This document shows positions 38,791 through 53,500 of a DNA stretch of 64,000 nucleotides, piece after piece; positions within the stretch are counted from its first letter, which is position 1, and every line of letters begins with the position of its first letter. The stretch is from Ptychomitrium polyphyllum (lineage: Eukaryota): NCBI GenBank assembly GCA_973851085.1, contig OZ316775.1, positions 9,734,001 through 9,798,000 on the forward strand. The letters run 5' to 3'. Below the pieces are notes generated by a model. That model ran no database searches and had not been told where the DNA came from. It worked only from the letters and a program-made list of their open reading frames with translations. The translations under genes were made by a program, and so were the position numbers.

Positions 38791-40670
38791 ATTTTCTTTG
38801 CAGGATTTTGCAGCTAACACGCTGCCTGCACTTTTAGTCCATATCTCCGTTATGGAGGTTCTGTGCAGTTTTAGCACTTGATTGTGCTCTTTATACAAAG
38901 TTTCCATGCGACCTTGAGTAGTCGATTCGCTCCTACTCTCTTGTTTTACTAGTGAATCTCCTTTCGCTAACTCTTAGCGTATCTAAAAGCTTAGTCCATG
39001 ATAGATTCTGAAAATGATTAACCTGTAATTCTGTAATTGAGGAGGACGCATAGTCTGATCACAAGTTCATATCTTACTGCACATATCTTTATTAGCTACT
39101 CTCTTTTAGGTTAGTCTGATGCTGGATGAGTGTGGGGTCCAATAAGAAGTGGTTTTGTTTCATGGTCACTATTGTCTCAATTGATAGCAGACGACATACG
39201 TACCTAGATCATTAGTCTCGGACCTCGCACACTTCTCTCTTCAACTTTGTCCCACATGTATTTGTAACAGCTCTTATGAGGCAAGTATAGGCCAGTGCTT
39301 TTACATACATTGCTTTTATGCACCTCATGCTACCGAGAGGTTAGCATTTCGTGTACTCGTTGAATCGCTCCTCTTCAACATCAGCCAAGGTACAGAATTT
39401 GCAGATGCTTGAAGCGGCTCAATGACGGTGTTTGTTGACTTGTAACGAGCCAAAGTTCTGCATTTCCTTCCTACTATTGTACTTTTCAGTTGTGTGTAGT
39501 CCCAGTAATTGTGATATTAGCTCTGGCCCATTATCATGGGAAAGTAGTTGTACTATACATTGCATAAGGTTATTACAGCTCGAGATGTCATCTTCGCAAG
39601 CTGAGCTTTACACCGTACGTGAACCTCATTATATTGTACTTCTGTAATTGTCAGGATTGCGTGAATGCTTAGTTTATTTGTTCAGCGGCATTGGCAGAAG
39701 CAGCCTTTGCAACAACAATTGGGGGTAAAGCAAACATTGGTCTATGATTAGGTGCACTGTAGTACCAGTATCTTTGGATTATTGAATGAGATCTGTGGCC
39801 CTTTCGTCTACGGCTATGCTTGTTTGACGTCTTACGCAGCGGGCCTACTACCTTACCAGATACCAGTTACCAGATACCCCAACGAACCGTTTCTTAGACC
39901 ACGTGGCGGACGCCCTGTGAACCTCCCATCTGCCTGGCACTCTATAAACTCCGACTTTGTGGAGAATATTAGGTGGAGTGAATAACATGTTCTCACAAAT
40001 AGGAAAGGCAATTCACAGCAGTGCAACTCTTTTAAGTTGTCGGAACAGGTTTCCTTCCTTACGAGCGTTCCAGTTTCTTTGCTAGAAGTGTGGGCGTGAG
40101 TCTGGATCTGTTGCGTTGTGGTTGTGTGTTGTGCAATTTCAATCACAACTGACTTGGTTGTGAAGGCGCCTTTCCAGCTTCTTAATTAGCAGATTATTTG
40201 GGTAAGTTGTGTTATCTTCTTCCACTGAGATAGGACATTGTTGTTGTTGTAGGAATGATATGAGGGAGTGACTCTGTTGTTATTTCTTGCACATGGGTCT
40301 TTTTTTAATGCGAGCAGTTTTGGTAGATCGCCTCCATGAAGCCTTTCTGCCATTCCCACTTTGTTATCATTTTGTTGCGATGAATCACTTGAAGAGGAGA
40401 TGAGTTTTGAGAAACTTTAAGTGGTGGGGGCTATCTCCTGGTTTAGAAGCGTGCCTTGCGGTGCAAAATTTCATTCAGAGTCATTCAAAGCAGGAGAAAG
40501 TTCCTCCCTTGTTCTCTCATTAGCTGCCATGGCCACTGCCATTAGCCGTCTACCAGACCCAAGTGCTCGTTTCTCAGTTGAGAGCTTGTTCTGTCGCACC
40601 TGACACAGACAATGCAATTATTTTGACGTTACGCTAGCAGTTTGTCGAGCTCGGAGAAATCTGTGCGGCC

Positions 40671-43460
40671 ATGGAGAGCAAGCCGAAACTGGAGAGAGTG
40701 GTGTCCGACACAGAGCGCAGCATTCATGAGAAGAAGGATGTTGTGATGCAGAAGATCGAACAGGAGAATGAGAATCTCGAGGTGCCTGACAGTGCGAAGT
40801 CTCCAGGCGGAGGGTTGCCACCCACGGAGGCCCTGAAACGTTTCTTTGATCGTATTCCTTTGTTCTCAGTCCCCGGAGTCGGCGATGCTGGAGGTGAGCT
40901 CCTGCCTCGTCATCCCTTACATCTCTTCTCCATAAACAGGAGCAATTGTTCGTACCCTACTTGACATGCATTGAGATTATGTATTATGACATCCACTAGG
41001 GTTTCTGCATTAAGTTTCAGACGATTTAGCTTACAAGAATTTGATATTCAAATCCTGAAATAGAAATGCAATTGAGTAATTAACGTGAGAAAGGGGAGGA
41101 TCTTAACTTTTCGGTTGCCTCACAGATCTCTTTGGAATTGGAGATCAATTTTTCTGTGTAAACACTGACGTGTCACTTTCTTGCTCTTATCAGTGTTGGA
41201 ACTGAACATGACGGACACTATAAGTGCTGCTATTGAGAAACTATACGTCCAGGAAGTTCTTGGCGCTCCAGTTCGGGACTCGCGTAATACCAACCATGTT
41301 TCGTTGGTGGATCAATACGTGGGTCTTCTTGACTTTGCCAGCCTTGTGCTTTGGGCACTTGAGGTATAGAGCTTGAACCTCAGTTCTCTTGTTCATCGTC
41401 AGATCCTCATCTGCGATTCTGCTTTTGCATGAATTTGTTCATTGTCCTTAGTCCTCTGGGCTTTAGTGAATTGAACTTAATGATGCTTTTGCAGGAATTT
41501 GAGGTAGCAGAAGCAGATGCGAAAATTTCCGGTATGGTATTGAGCCCCACCGATGCACCGCAGAATGCCACCTCTTCCGTCGAAGCAAGACGCCCGGATA
41601 GAGCGGAGGAGTATGCAGCTCAGGCGCAGGAGCAACTAGCAAGGGCAGCGCAGGGGCAGTCAATGCAGCTATCTGAGAGCCCAGGCACCTCTCAAAGAGA
41701 ACAACGCAGCCGTGAAGGCTTTTTTGGCCTTTTAGATAAACTCGATAACGTGAATTCTACACAGGTAATCACCTCATTTATCTTGAGCACTAATTATGGT
41801 CTTAATATCAAATGTAATGCTTACGGAATCATGCCTGAGTTCAATGAACATTCCTGGCATTATAATCATTTTGGAATTGTGCGGTGTGCAGGTGAGTGCT
41901 ATGGCAAGATCATTTCGGTGGGGTCCCTTCTTGCCAGTGCGACCAGAAGATTCACTCCTCCATGTTTTACTTTTACTCTCCAAGCATCGGCTGAAAGCTA
42001 TTCCAGTTGTAGATGCCGACTCTTCTAAGAGCGTCAGGAGCTTCATCACTCAGGTACTACCCAAGTTTCCTTGCATTAAACATTTTCTTCCAATCTAAGA
42101 TTTGTTGTACAAACTGATGTTTGAGTCCCTGAAATCTCGCAACTCTCTGAAATTGTACGTCGTCATGTCTCTCCATGGTAGTCTTGTGAGTCTGAAGTAC
42201 ATGAGAAGATATTACTTAAGGTGGTTTTTTTCTGTGATCATTATGTGCATTATCGCATTGCACTGAAGTGCACTCTAAGATTGTAGAAGAGCCAACTACG
42301 GACAATCTTGATACACTAATGTGGACACACTTAATGGCGACTTCTTGTTGGCATTTGCAGGACATTGCAATACACCTCTTGCTTCAGTGTGAGGGCCTGC
42401 ACTGGTTTGAGACTATTGCCGCGAACAAACTTAGCAATGCTGGGTATAATTCTTTTTTTTTCTTTTCTTGTGGAATTCATCACGCACTCTGATGTTGCAG
42501 ATCAGTACATTGATATCGTGATAAATGTTAGGATGTAACGATCCTGATATAAATATCAATGACAGTAACCGTGTTCAAGTTTTCCTTGATTATTATTTTC
42601 TAACCAAGCTGACGAGCACTGGAGGGGAGCAGTGTTCTAATTGAGGAAGTTCTGGTTGATTTTCAGGTTGGAAACAGAACACAATGCGGGACAAATGGTT
42701 TTGGTTTACAGTGACGACAAACTCATGACAGCATTGCGGGCCATGTGGAAGTACCGAATCAGTGGCGTGCCTGTCCTTGATCGATCTTCTAAGCGGCTCG
42801 TTGGAAACATACGCTATTGTGATCTGCGAATAATAATAGATAAGCCACAAATATTTCTCCATCGCAAGTTAGTCCTCTAACCTTTTGATCTCAAAATTTT
42901 GGTTGTGAGATCTAACCTTTTGATCACCAAATGATGTCTTCTATCATCCTTCGCTGCATTTACAGTCTCATGAGGAAAGCGCACTTATTGTGGCGTTGAC
43001 CAATTTACTAGTTCGAACCTCATGTACTTTGTCAATGAAACTGACACTTGATGTCCTTGGCAGGACAATGACCATTCAGGATTTCATGCGAGAGGGAGAT
43101 GGCGATAACAAGAACTTCAAGGGATCTCCACATCAGGAGGATTTTGGCGCTGCTGTATCTGCCGCTGCGCTTAGTCTGGCCAAGATTCAAACACCAACTA
43201 TGCAGGATCCTGTGACCTTCCACTCAAGTGAAACCATGAAGGAAGCAATGCAGAAACTTTTCAGAGCTCGCAGTGACAGGGGCTACATAATTGACACTGA
43301 AGGTCATGTGAAGGGCGTCGTCACGCTGCGTGACATTCTGATCCAATTCGCTCCCCCTCTTGCAGAACAACCACCCATGGGCGGATTCTTTGACAGTGCC
43401 CTCGAGCAAACTGGTGCATACATGGGTCCCGGATCCGTTGTCACGGTTCATCAGAGCTAG
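40671..43460 (+). CDS. CBS-domain protein, SnRK1 regulatory gamma-subunit-like (7 exons, ~501 aa)
   Basis: Exons 40671-40893, 41194-41363, 41495-41764, 41892-42053, 42361-42443, 42667-42867, 43064-43460 (1506 nt in frame). Motifs: DQYVGLLDFASLVLWAL, RSFRWGPFLPVRPEDSLLHVLLLLSKHRLKAIPVV, ISGVPVLD..LVGNI, GVVTLRDILIQFAPP (four CBS repeats). Confidence 0.9.
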
Positions 43461-46400
43461 TTGAGGATTAATCGTGAGTGTAAATAACTTGTTTATGCAG
43501 AGTGAATAGAGTCCAGGAATCTACAGCAAGCATGCATGTAGAGACGACTCGGGAAGTCCCAACTCACCCATTCTATGTGTGAGTTGTTTGACGGCTGACC
43601 AGGATATAGTTCATAGTCATACTTTATTTATGCAACGTAGACAGAGTATAGAGTTTCTGCTGTAAGGAAGGGGACTATTCAGAGCCTAATGTTTTTGGAG
43701 TTTGTTTGACACGCGCTTTGATAGCTACAGTGTTTGCAAGGCATTAGTTGATCTCAATTGAATGAACTGCTTCAACTGGTACAAGCTCCTTGATAATTAA
43801 TAAGTTATTTAGTCTCCCCCAATCGAACTGCAGTAACATGCTCATGCGATCGTTCGTCTCATAACCTCGATCGACGTCGAATCATATCAGATGTTAGATC
43901 TCGTTGAGCTCGCGAGAGGTACGGCGATCAACGTGCACGGGAGTGGGGGATCTGTGCAGAAAATATCAACGTCGTACCAATACAAGCTGCACTGGTGCAT
44001 GGTTAGTGCAAGGCCACTTCTAGGCTCCTAGTGTTTGCTTCTAGTAGTTTAAAGTCCACTTGGAAACAACTCTTTACAGACGTTTGTAAACAGAAGATAA
44101 TCTTTGGCAACAGTTCTAGAGTGCTATATCACTAAAAATGGCATGTCTGTAATCTTCTATGTATTTGCTTTTTGTAACAATGAAGGCATAAATCTGATTA
44201 GAAATGGCATTGTATGAGGGTGGCTTTCTATTGAGAATTTGAACCTAAATAATGACATCATGTAAGGTATTCGAGATAGGATAATTAAGAAGGTAGGTGA
44301 TTGAGGTTATGGTTAGAATTTAACTTTTAAATTTGTACAATTAAAAAATAATACAAATTTTTTGGAAACTCTATGTTAAAATATTAAAAGATGCTTTTTA
44401 GAAATAACAACATAACATAGTTCAAATCACAAGGTATTCAATTGTTTATAATGTCAAATTTTTTGTTGTATGTAGATTTGGGCATATTGTGTGTTATGTA
44501 TGCAACATATCCTATAATTTTTAAATTCTTTGTCCTAGAATTCAACATTCATTGACTTTAATAATAGAAAAGTAGATAAGTGATATGATTTTTGAATTTT
44601 TCTTAAACACCCATAGTAATGATAAGTCTACTTTCTATTAAGGACTACATATATTGAAAAGAAATTATATATTGTTAGGAAATTTTTAATTAAAAATAAT
44701 AATTAAAAAATAAAGAAATTACAACGAATTGAATTTATTAAGCTTCAAAGTTCGAGATCATAGTTCAAACATTTTACAAGATATCATAAATCTCAAATAG
44801 TATCTATTTCGTTTTAAAACTCATTTTTTTTAAAAATCCTCTATTTTTTACAAAATAGTGAACATTTTTCATTAATTAAAGGATAGAAGAAAGAAGATCA
44901 AGGGCTGATTAATATAAGTTTGTAAATTAGAGCAATTTATTTTCAAAGAACTTCTATACATATTTGAATAAAAGCACTAAGACTAAAATCCAATTAAAGA
45001 CATGCCACCACTCAAAATAGAAGAACACTAAAGTAAAACTTTGTTGACCATCTTCAGTACTCTTGATTTAGGTTTTTATTAATAACCACATTTTTTTCTT
45101 ATAATCCCTTTCAAAGTTTGCATCACCTAGCATAATCTCAATGTGGAAACAACCCTATCTTCTATATATTTTATTGTAATCTTGCTTCCATTTCATATCA
45201 TAAATTAATAAGCCTAAAAAATTACTTAGAGATCTACAACATGGCTCAAAAGAAACAATCCACATTGGTCATATTCAATAGCATTGGGTTTTTATGACTA
45301 AAGGAACTCACACTTGCCTAAAAAAATTAAAGACCAATAAGTGACAACAAGGGCATGTAGCAACAAATGCATGAAAGCATGAACTTAACTTGTTGACCTG
45401 ATGCACAAATTCCTCAACCTTTTAGTACAACAAAGTCTAAAACAACAAAATCATATCTCTATGTGGTGAAATTATCCCTTTATAAGAATTCCTTATTATT
45501 TTCTTGGTATTCTGCACTATCTCTCCATGATTAGAATGAGGGCAGGGTATTAACAATAACCCGTTTAGAGGTGTCCTAGCAGAACGAAGAAACAGATTCA
45601 CATAGTGGAATCATGGAATGCCACCCTGATCCCACAGGCACCCAAAAAACGCCCTTTCTGTGGAATCCACTTTCAGTTCAACAGGAAAAGAGGAAAATCT
45701 GGATTCAGAACCAAAGCAATATCACGTCATGCATGTGTGAAGTTGCCTCGGCAACCAACGTGGTCCCCATGCATTGCAATGCAACGCAATGCAACGCAAT
45801 ACATGGAGCTTCTCCAGCCTTACGATCCTCTTCTCGTTTCTATTCTTCTTGCTCTTGCTCATGTTTGTGCTGTGACTCAGAAGCTCACAGCTTTCTGGAA
45901 CAGAAAACAGTGCACATCAAGTTTCAAGTTCATTGCAACAGACAGGTAGTCTCACAGCAACTCACTTACCTCACACAGAGGTTCTAAGCCCCTATGTGCC
46001 CGGATGGATTCGTCCCAGTTTGTGCAGCACAGGTGATAACGCTGGGTGATGTCCCTGTTGGTCTTTTCTTTGGTTCCATTGGTTTTCTGAAAGTGCTGTG
46101 TTGTAACGTAGTGTGTGTTTCTTTCTTGAGATTGACGGCTGGATCTAATGTGGGTTGTCTTTTTGGGCCGATGATTATGAACCTGTTTGACCAGCTACTT
46201 TTGATGGATGCGGCCACATGATGAAGTACATTATCCACCATGAGGCCTGCCTGGATGCTCAAGTTCTTCTCTTGGATGTTGTAGAAGAAGAGAAATGCCG
46301 AGTTCTTTCGAGGCCGGAGTTGGTCGGTTCGAGTTGAACTTTCGAGGTTCTTCTCGGAATTAGTTGTGTAGCTTAGAGGGGAAGGCTGGAAGGGACTGGA

Positions 46401-48208
46401 GATTTGCTTGTGATGAAAAAGATGTATCGTACTGTGCTACTGGATCCGGTTGTGGAGTACGATATGGCACCAAGTGTTCTCTCTGAGGCAACGAAGACTT
46501 CTTCCCCGATCTCTTGCTGCTGGTCCTGCCGTCGATTAGGTTCTTGGTTGCTCATGTGAAGGTTGGTTTTGCTACAGAGATTTTGCTACTTACTCCTAGG
46601 CAGACGTGCTCTGTAGAGCTTCTGCTGAAACCATTCTTAATTGAAAAAGTTTATCACGAATCGGTTTTGTGTCAAATGCCTTTTTTAATGCTTTCATCCT
46701 ACCGCCAAGCTCCAGAAATTTGAATCTATGATTTTCTTTCTCTATATTTAACTCTAGCAACCCTAAAAAGAATGTATAGCAGATTGGAAGAGTTTCTGGA
46801 TTATTAGGACTTAGGCGGAAACACTCTGTGTAGCATTGGCCTCTCGCGCGGGCTGTAAATAAGGACTGTGCCACCTTTGACCGCTGAGAGGCCGTGTAAG
46901 GCTATTGGAAGAAGGTTACTGGACATACTGGTAAGAGCTTTTGTTGAACCGCAGCGAAATGGCTGATCGGAGGCCTAACGAAGTCCAGAGCGGCCCTCAT
47001 AAATGCACTTAGTATTATAGGTTCTAACCAACTAAAACACCAACCCTTCTTTGATCCACCAAATAAAATACTGCCAGAATACTGATGTGATCTACATTCT
47101 CGAAAACTGAGCTTAGCATTATGTTCTTGGTGATGGTTTTTGAGACGACGAACCTCTGCTCAATTTGTCAGTAACAATCACTGGAATGAGGCTTATTGGA
47201 TCTTGGAACTATGCGATGTCTCGAGTCCTCTTACCCTACAGTTTTGTGAAGCTGAAGTTCTTCCTAACCTTTACCTTCTTATTGGCTCTGACGTATTTGA
47301 TATGAGTCATTTGTCTGGAAAATTGAAGAACGTCGCTCGGTCCCTTTTTGAGGGGCCGGCGTGAATTAAATGCCATGAATGCCTTGCACTTTGAAAAAAT
47401 GACATACTTGTAACTCACCAGGTAAGACTTTTCCACTTCTACGGTTGGTTAGCAAAGCCGTGAATGTGTCGTTGTCAACTTAGAACCAATTCTTGTATAT
47501 TTCAGGCCCACAGGCGTTTCTGAGCTGAAGTCCGAAGATTTCTAAAATCCTTGAGACAAGCTGATTGCTCTTAGGCCGGCGCTGTTGATAAAATATTTTG
47601 ATGCGGTTTTGATGCTTAAATACGCGTGGTCAGTATAGCCCTTGTTGAGCTCTTGTTGCGCTTGAGTCTTTCAAAAGTTGCAACAGTGCTTACATGTCAA
47701 TTCTCAAATTTTGAGTGTTGACAGGATTTTGGGTACCTACTAATATACCATACTTTTTGAGGCTTTCCACTTCTTCCTGAACCATCCCAGTCTAACAACT
47801 GCTGAAAGTGAGTGTTCCACAGTTCAAGCTGAACCTGCGAAGTCAAACATCCGAAAGAAAGGTGCATCGATTTACAGTAACGACTGAAACATACCTACGT
47901 CACCTGAAGTTGCTGTGCGAAAGGTGAACAAATTCGTTTAGTTTCAACTTGATCGTTGTAAAACACTGGTCAAGAGAAACCCTTCAGTGCGAAATAGTGG
48001 CAAATTTCTATCGTTCATGGTCTGGAATTTAATTTTCCAACTTAGCACCAGTCCCGTCCATCTACTTTTGTTTATAGGATTTTGTTTAGGAGTCTCACCT
48101 CAGACCTACCTTCTGTTTCTGTTAATCAGCCTGCTATGTTCTTCCGCAGTGTGTAGCTTGTCATCCATTCCTATCCCTTTTGGTTTGGTGCTTAATACGT
48201 TACAATAT

Positions 48209-48255
48209 GTCCCATACGTTTAGATGCCGAGTGTATGAGGGCAAGAGTATATCAA
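48209..48255 (+). promoter_or_regulatory. Plant snRNA promoter: USE-like element plus TATA-like box
   Basis: GTCCCATACG at 48209-48218 (consensus RTCCCACATCG, ~-68) and TATATCAA at 48248-48255 (~-29) upstream of the U1 body, roughly Pol II snRNA spacing. Confidence 0.7.
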
Positions 48256-48276
48256 GTAGGAGCTTTTCCGTAATTC

Positions 48277-48435
48277 TTACTTACCTGGGCGGGGTCAATC
48301 CATTATCCAGAAGGCGGATGGCCTACGGGAGCCTGCCCCATTGCACTTCGGGCCGGGTGACTGTAGCATCTCTCCACGGAGGGCATGCACGTCATAATTT
48401 GTGACAGCGGGGGCTCGCGTTCGCGCGGCCCTCAC
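48277..48435 (+). ncRNA. U1: U1 spliceosomal snRNA (divergent variant)
   Basis: 5' splice-site-pairing TACTTACCTGG; SL-I ggtcaatcc..atccagaag..ggatggcc; SL-II loop ATTGCAC (U1A site); SL-III; Sm site ATAATTTGTG; terminal GC-rich hairpin gggggctcgcg-TTCG-cgcggccct. Length ~160 nt. Confidence 0.93.
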
Positions 48436-50508
48436 CAATCTATAATGTAAATTGGAAAGGATGCCTTCTTCTCTCGGCTGAGCCTTTTTTATCCGAAAAG
48501 GAGACAGCTCTGTCGATTGACATCTTCTGTTCCTTCACAAGTAGACAGAGATTCCAAGAGTAATCTCTGTATTGACTTGTATCCTCAAGTCAGACACAAA
48601 CATACATTAAGAAAAACCATCTTTTGCGTACGTCTTCCACTTGCAAAGATGTAAGGCCATGCCGTATGACATGTAGGGAAGTTGTAAGACTTCCTCTATA
48701 TGACATTCTATCCACTCTTTTTCATGTTTTTCTCCCTACTTTGTGGAATGTTAAATTTCAGTTATCATATCACTATGCTTAATTGCCTTATTTTAGATTT
48801 TAGGATAAAATCTAAAATAAAATCTTACGCTGGAAAGTTGATCCAAGTTATTGTTGTCAATCTATTGATTTCTTCTCATGTAACAACCACTTACTTGTGT
48901 AAACAAATAAAAGATTCTATTTTCAAGATTTTGATTTGTAATAAGCTTCCAAAGGCCCTTTTGCATGGTAGCAACCTCTCATAATGTACCTTTCTTTCAA
49001 ATCGTTTTATGAATACTATGAGTGACAACAAATAGAATTTCTTACATTTCTAAATACAAACATGCTCTAAAGGCTAGAAGTGTAGTATATCTCTTTCTTA
49101 CCTTATCAACATTCTATTTCTCACATAGATTTCAAAACCAAATCTAAATCTCAAAAATGTATATGACTTAAGATTAGTTTTCTTGTTTTGTGCCACATTA
49201 GAGAACTTCCTCTCTTGTGAAAAAGTATTCATTGTATTCTTCTAAGATGTATTCATTGTGCTCTGAGCTGACAAGCACTTCGACGTTGTTAGAAAGACCC
49301 ACGCTACACAGGGCAACAACTTTGTCAGATTAGCTTCTTGGTATAAAACTGTATATGGTATCTGTTTGATAGTGCAAATATACATAAACAATCTGAATGA
49401 CACCCTCACAAAATTGATCTTGAAGTTTTGTCTGCAACTCCGATGAATACATCACTGGTACCTGATGATTTCAGCATGTTTTACTGCATCATTTTATGTA
49501 CTTATCGGTGGACGAACGGCTCCCAGTTTATCAAGTGACAGACTCCTCACCAGTGCAATGTCAGTGTAGCGTCTTTGTCACAAGGCCACGCTTGAAATTC
49601 AGGGTTTCCTCTTCGTGATGAAATGATTCTGATTTTGAGAACAGAAACACTTGGAGCTTGAAAACAGGAATGTATGTGGATAAGTTATGCAGTGATTCTT
49701 CCTCAGATTCAAACAATAGATAGTTCACAGGTCAGGTGGAGTGCACAATGTGAGTGCATTTGAGGTTGACTCTGCGACGGTACGAGTCTTTGTGGTTGTT
49801 GAGTGATCCGAGATCCTACTTGTTCACCTTTTCCTAAAGGTCTAATTGATACTCGCTTGCACCAAATGTTCCACCGGTACAGAAGTGGTCAAGATTTCGG
49901 CTAAATGATGAAGACCACTGACCATCCAAGTAGATTAGTTTGCTCGTACCCGGCGGGTATACCATCTTGCGACACCCGTTGCGCCATCGTCCTGAGGCTT
50001 GGCTTATCCACTTTTGCAGCAGATTTATCTAGGTGGTGGATTTTCATACTTGCAACTCCTTTGCTCCAGGTTGTCGACTTCATGGTCTCATGGTCATCTG
50101 CTTTTGCAGTCGCTGAATTCAAGTCTCAACTTTGGATCTCTGAAATCTAGCAGCTCCATGTGGTCCGGTTCTTTCCATTCTACGACCAATTTCGCATCTC
50201 TTGTGAAGAGGTTTTCTGTTCTGAGTTCTCTGCAGAATTCCAGTTTGGAGGCAAGCAAAAGTGAGAATCGTTCCTCTGTTGAGATCAATCCGGTTCTAGG
50301 TTTTGAAGATGAGTGAAGTCAGTTTGTGATTTTGGTGGGGGTTTCAGAGGATGGGCATTGCAGCCTTGCGCTTGGGCAACGTGACCCTTCTTGGGAAGCG
50401 ACTCAGTTTGTAGAAAGAAAATCTTCAGAGGAACGATTCTCACTTTTGGGTTTTACGTGGGATGCGGGTTTAGTTGGTACAGTGCGAATTGTCTGCTTTT
50501 CTTGCAGA

Positions 50509-53500
50509 ATGTTGCTCGAAGGGATTGCCACCGCGAGAAGCTGTGTAGGGCCTGCGTTTCGTCATTTCAGCTGTGGGCCCGAGAGCTACTTGAGAGGGAA
50601 TGAGAGTCTGCAGCAGAATGGATTTCTGGGTACCGCGGTGGTGCGTAAAGAGGATGTTCCAGGTCAGAAGAGGCAGGTTTCGAGAGGAGTGATAGTGCGG
50701 GCGCTCAAGGAGGCCAAGCCTCCTATGTTTATTCTGAATAAGCCGGAACGGAAGCCTTTGCCGGAAGATAGGAAGCCTCTGCTGTCTCTTGAAAATTACG
50801 ATTTCGACAACCTTGTTGTGGACCCCAACCACCGCAGTGGTAATCATTTTCTTCGCTCGCTCGCCTTTCAGTTTCGCAGTTTCACTTCTTGTAAGTTATC
50901 TGCTATTTGCAACATGAACGCGACGCAGATTTTCATGGTATTGATGCCCTGGGGACTTAATCAAACCCTATTTTCAAAAAAATTCAAGGGAGTATTTTAG
51001 TCTGTAATATTTTTAGGCTTTGTGCATATTCTCTCTACTGGAATATGTTTTAGTCTCTTACACCGGTGAGTTACATTTTTACAATCATGAAAATTAGTTC
51101 ATAATGCAGTTTGAGTTGTTCATATGCTGATATTGTCTGGCAGTATCGCTTGGAATGAACAGGTTATGTTGCTCTGGTAGGAAGACCGAATGCAGGAAAG
51201 AGCACACTTTTGAACCAAATAATAGGTCAAAAATTATCCATCGTGACCAATAAACCGCAAACCACTCGGCATCGCATTCTTGGGATCTGCTCGGGTCCTG
51301 ATTTTCAGGTTTAGTCAGCTTCCCCTTGTTACCAGTCATGTATCAAACTATGTACAATTGTTTGATAATTTTCTTACTTATTTCTGAAGATTGAGAATTG
51401 ACTCCAGGGTCGTCAATTTGGAATGGCATAGTGTTATGGTAGTTTGTGATGTGAGTAAACTGAAGTTGTTTATTTTTATGAATGTTGCTCGAGGACTCTC
51501 AAATCCCCCTTAGTTGAGCAACGCAGTTGTTAATTTTTGGGCCTTGTCGAGTGACGAAGAGTTATTGACGTATTGCAGAAGGCTTCGATCTGCAAATATT
51601 AGAGTTTTAGGTTAAATATGTACGATTACGAGAGTATGTGGACAAAAAGTAAATGAAAATATTCTCCGCTTGCTAGGTTTATATTACGTCTGCAATTTTG
51701 CGTAGTAGCACTAACTAAATATGTCTAATCACTGGGCTGGCTATTGTAGATGGTGCTATATGATACTCCGGGAGTCATTCCGAAGCAGATTCGGAAATTG
51801 GATGAGATGATGATGCGAAATGTGCGCACGGCAACTCTTAATGCAGATTGTGTTATGGTCGTTGTGGATGCTTGTCAGCACCCTGAGGAGGTACTTCAGC
51901 TTTCCCACACATGTTTTATCATATTTGAAATCACTAAACTCTTCTGATCCGGTCTTTTGTGGCTGTCGACTGGTTCTGAAAGATGGTTTCCAATGCCAAA
52001 TTTAATCATGTATGAACCTAAGGATTTTTTGGGAACAATTTTTTAGCATATTCATTTTTGTTGTAGGTCATATACCTGTTATGAAGGTGATATTTCTTTT
52101 GCTCAAAGGAGCTTATGCTACCAGTCCAGTCGCAGTTCTCAATATCGCTGTTGTCACTGTTAATTACTTAGTATGTATGGCACCTTTTTTTTCAACTTAA
52201 TAAGCGGTAACGACAAGTGAAGATGTCGTTGGTAGTGATATTGTGAGTAGATAACATTGCAATTAATCTGATAATCCACTGTGACCCTATTGACCGTTGG
52301 GCGTTGTGGCAGGTGATGAGCATGTTGACTGACGGAGAGACTCTAGTTACGGACAGTAGACCTACTCTAGTGGTCTTGAACAAGAAAGATCTTATTAAGC
52401 CCGGTGAAATTGCTAAAAAGAAAGAGGTACTTAGAGACATTTTCATTGCGCAATCACCTTTTTTGTCCTTTTGAATTTACAGTCGTAAGTAGTAAGTGAA
52501 GACCACGTTTATGACCTTTTGGCTTGTTTTAGTTCTACTCGCATGGATGTAATTGGTACATACATGTTCAATTACAAAGCATCTTTACGCGTACAGTCAT
52601 TACGTCCTTGCTAAGAGTAAGGGCCTCGTCACTTTCAGAAGCACGTTGAAATAGTTTCTTCTACAATAGAAGGGTACTGAAGTTCTGATTAATTGTATCG
52701 TTCATCTATGGTTTTTGGAGGTACTTACCTGTTTTCGTATGTTTTGGTAATTTCACTTGCTAGAGGTAGTATTAAGAGTTGCGTGGATGAGTTATGCAGT
52801 GGTTCGAGCAGAATGGCGGTGCGACAGATGTGATAGCCGTCAGTGCTAAGCGAGGAGATGGTGTGGATAAGGTTAAAGAATGGCTCTTAGGCCGACTGCC
52901 TTATGGCCCTGCCTATTATCCTAAAGTATGTTACTAAAAACCTACCTCACATTGTGACTAGGATTTTGATGTAGATGCAGTCAAGTTTGGTATGATAGTA
53001 CTGTGCGTGGAGAGTTCTATCTTTGAAGAAATGGCAGATAATTGTTTCTCCATTATTGAGGGGTTTCGCTCACATGTAAAGTGTTGGTACCTGCTTTTTA
53101 GAGGCTGAGTTTTCAGTTCTCAACCTCTTTTGGTCATCTATGTTGGTACTACAAAAAGGAGTATGTACATAATTCTGCTTGCAATAATCTAACTAAGTCT
53201 TGATGATTTCTGCAGGATATTGTTAGTGAACATCCCGAACGGTTTTTTGTTGCAGAGATCCTAAGGGAGAAGATTTTTATACAATATAGGCAAGAGATTC
53301 CTTACGTTTGCCAGGTGAGCTGATTCGGATCTATAAAGTTGCAGCAAACGATGTTGGTTGGCATCAGTTCATGATTTTAGCTAAGCAGCCAGTATCTTAA
53401 AAGTTATGATTGGGTATTTGAATAGTTATGTGTCGATCCTATTTGACTGGCTCGGTCTGGTCTCTTATCATGATGCGTGGCAGGTGAACGTGATCAATTA

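Noticed and set aside
50326..50508. Longer N-terminus for Era from ORF 50326..51000
   Set aside because: It starts at GTG and crosses a strong acceptor (ttttcttgcag|a) just before ATG 50509, so it is more likely 5'-UTR intron. The ORF's 3' end also runs into intron 1.
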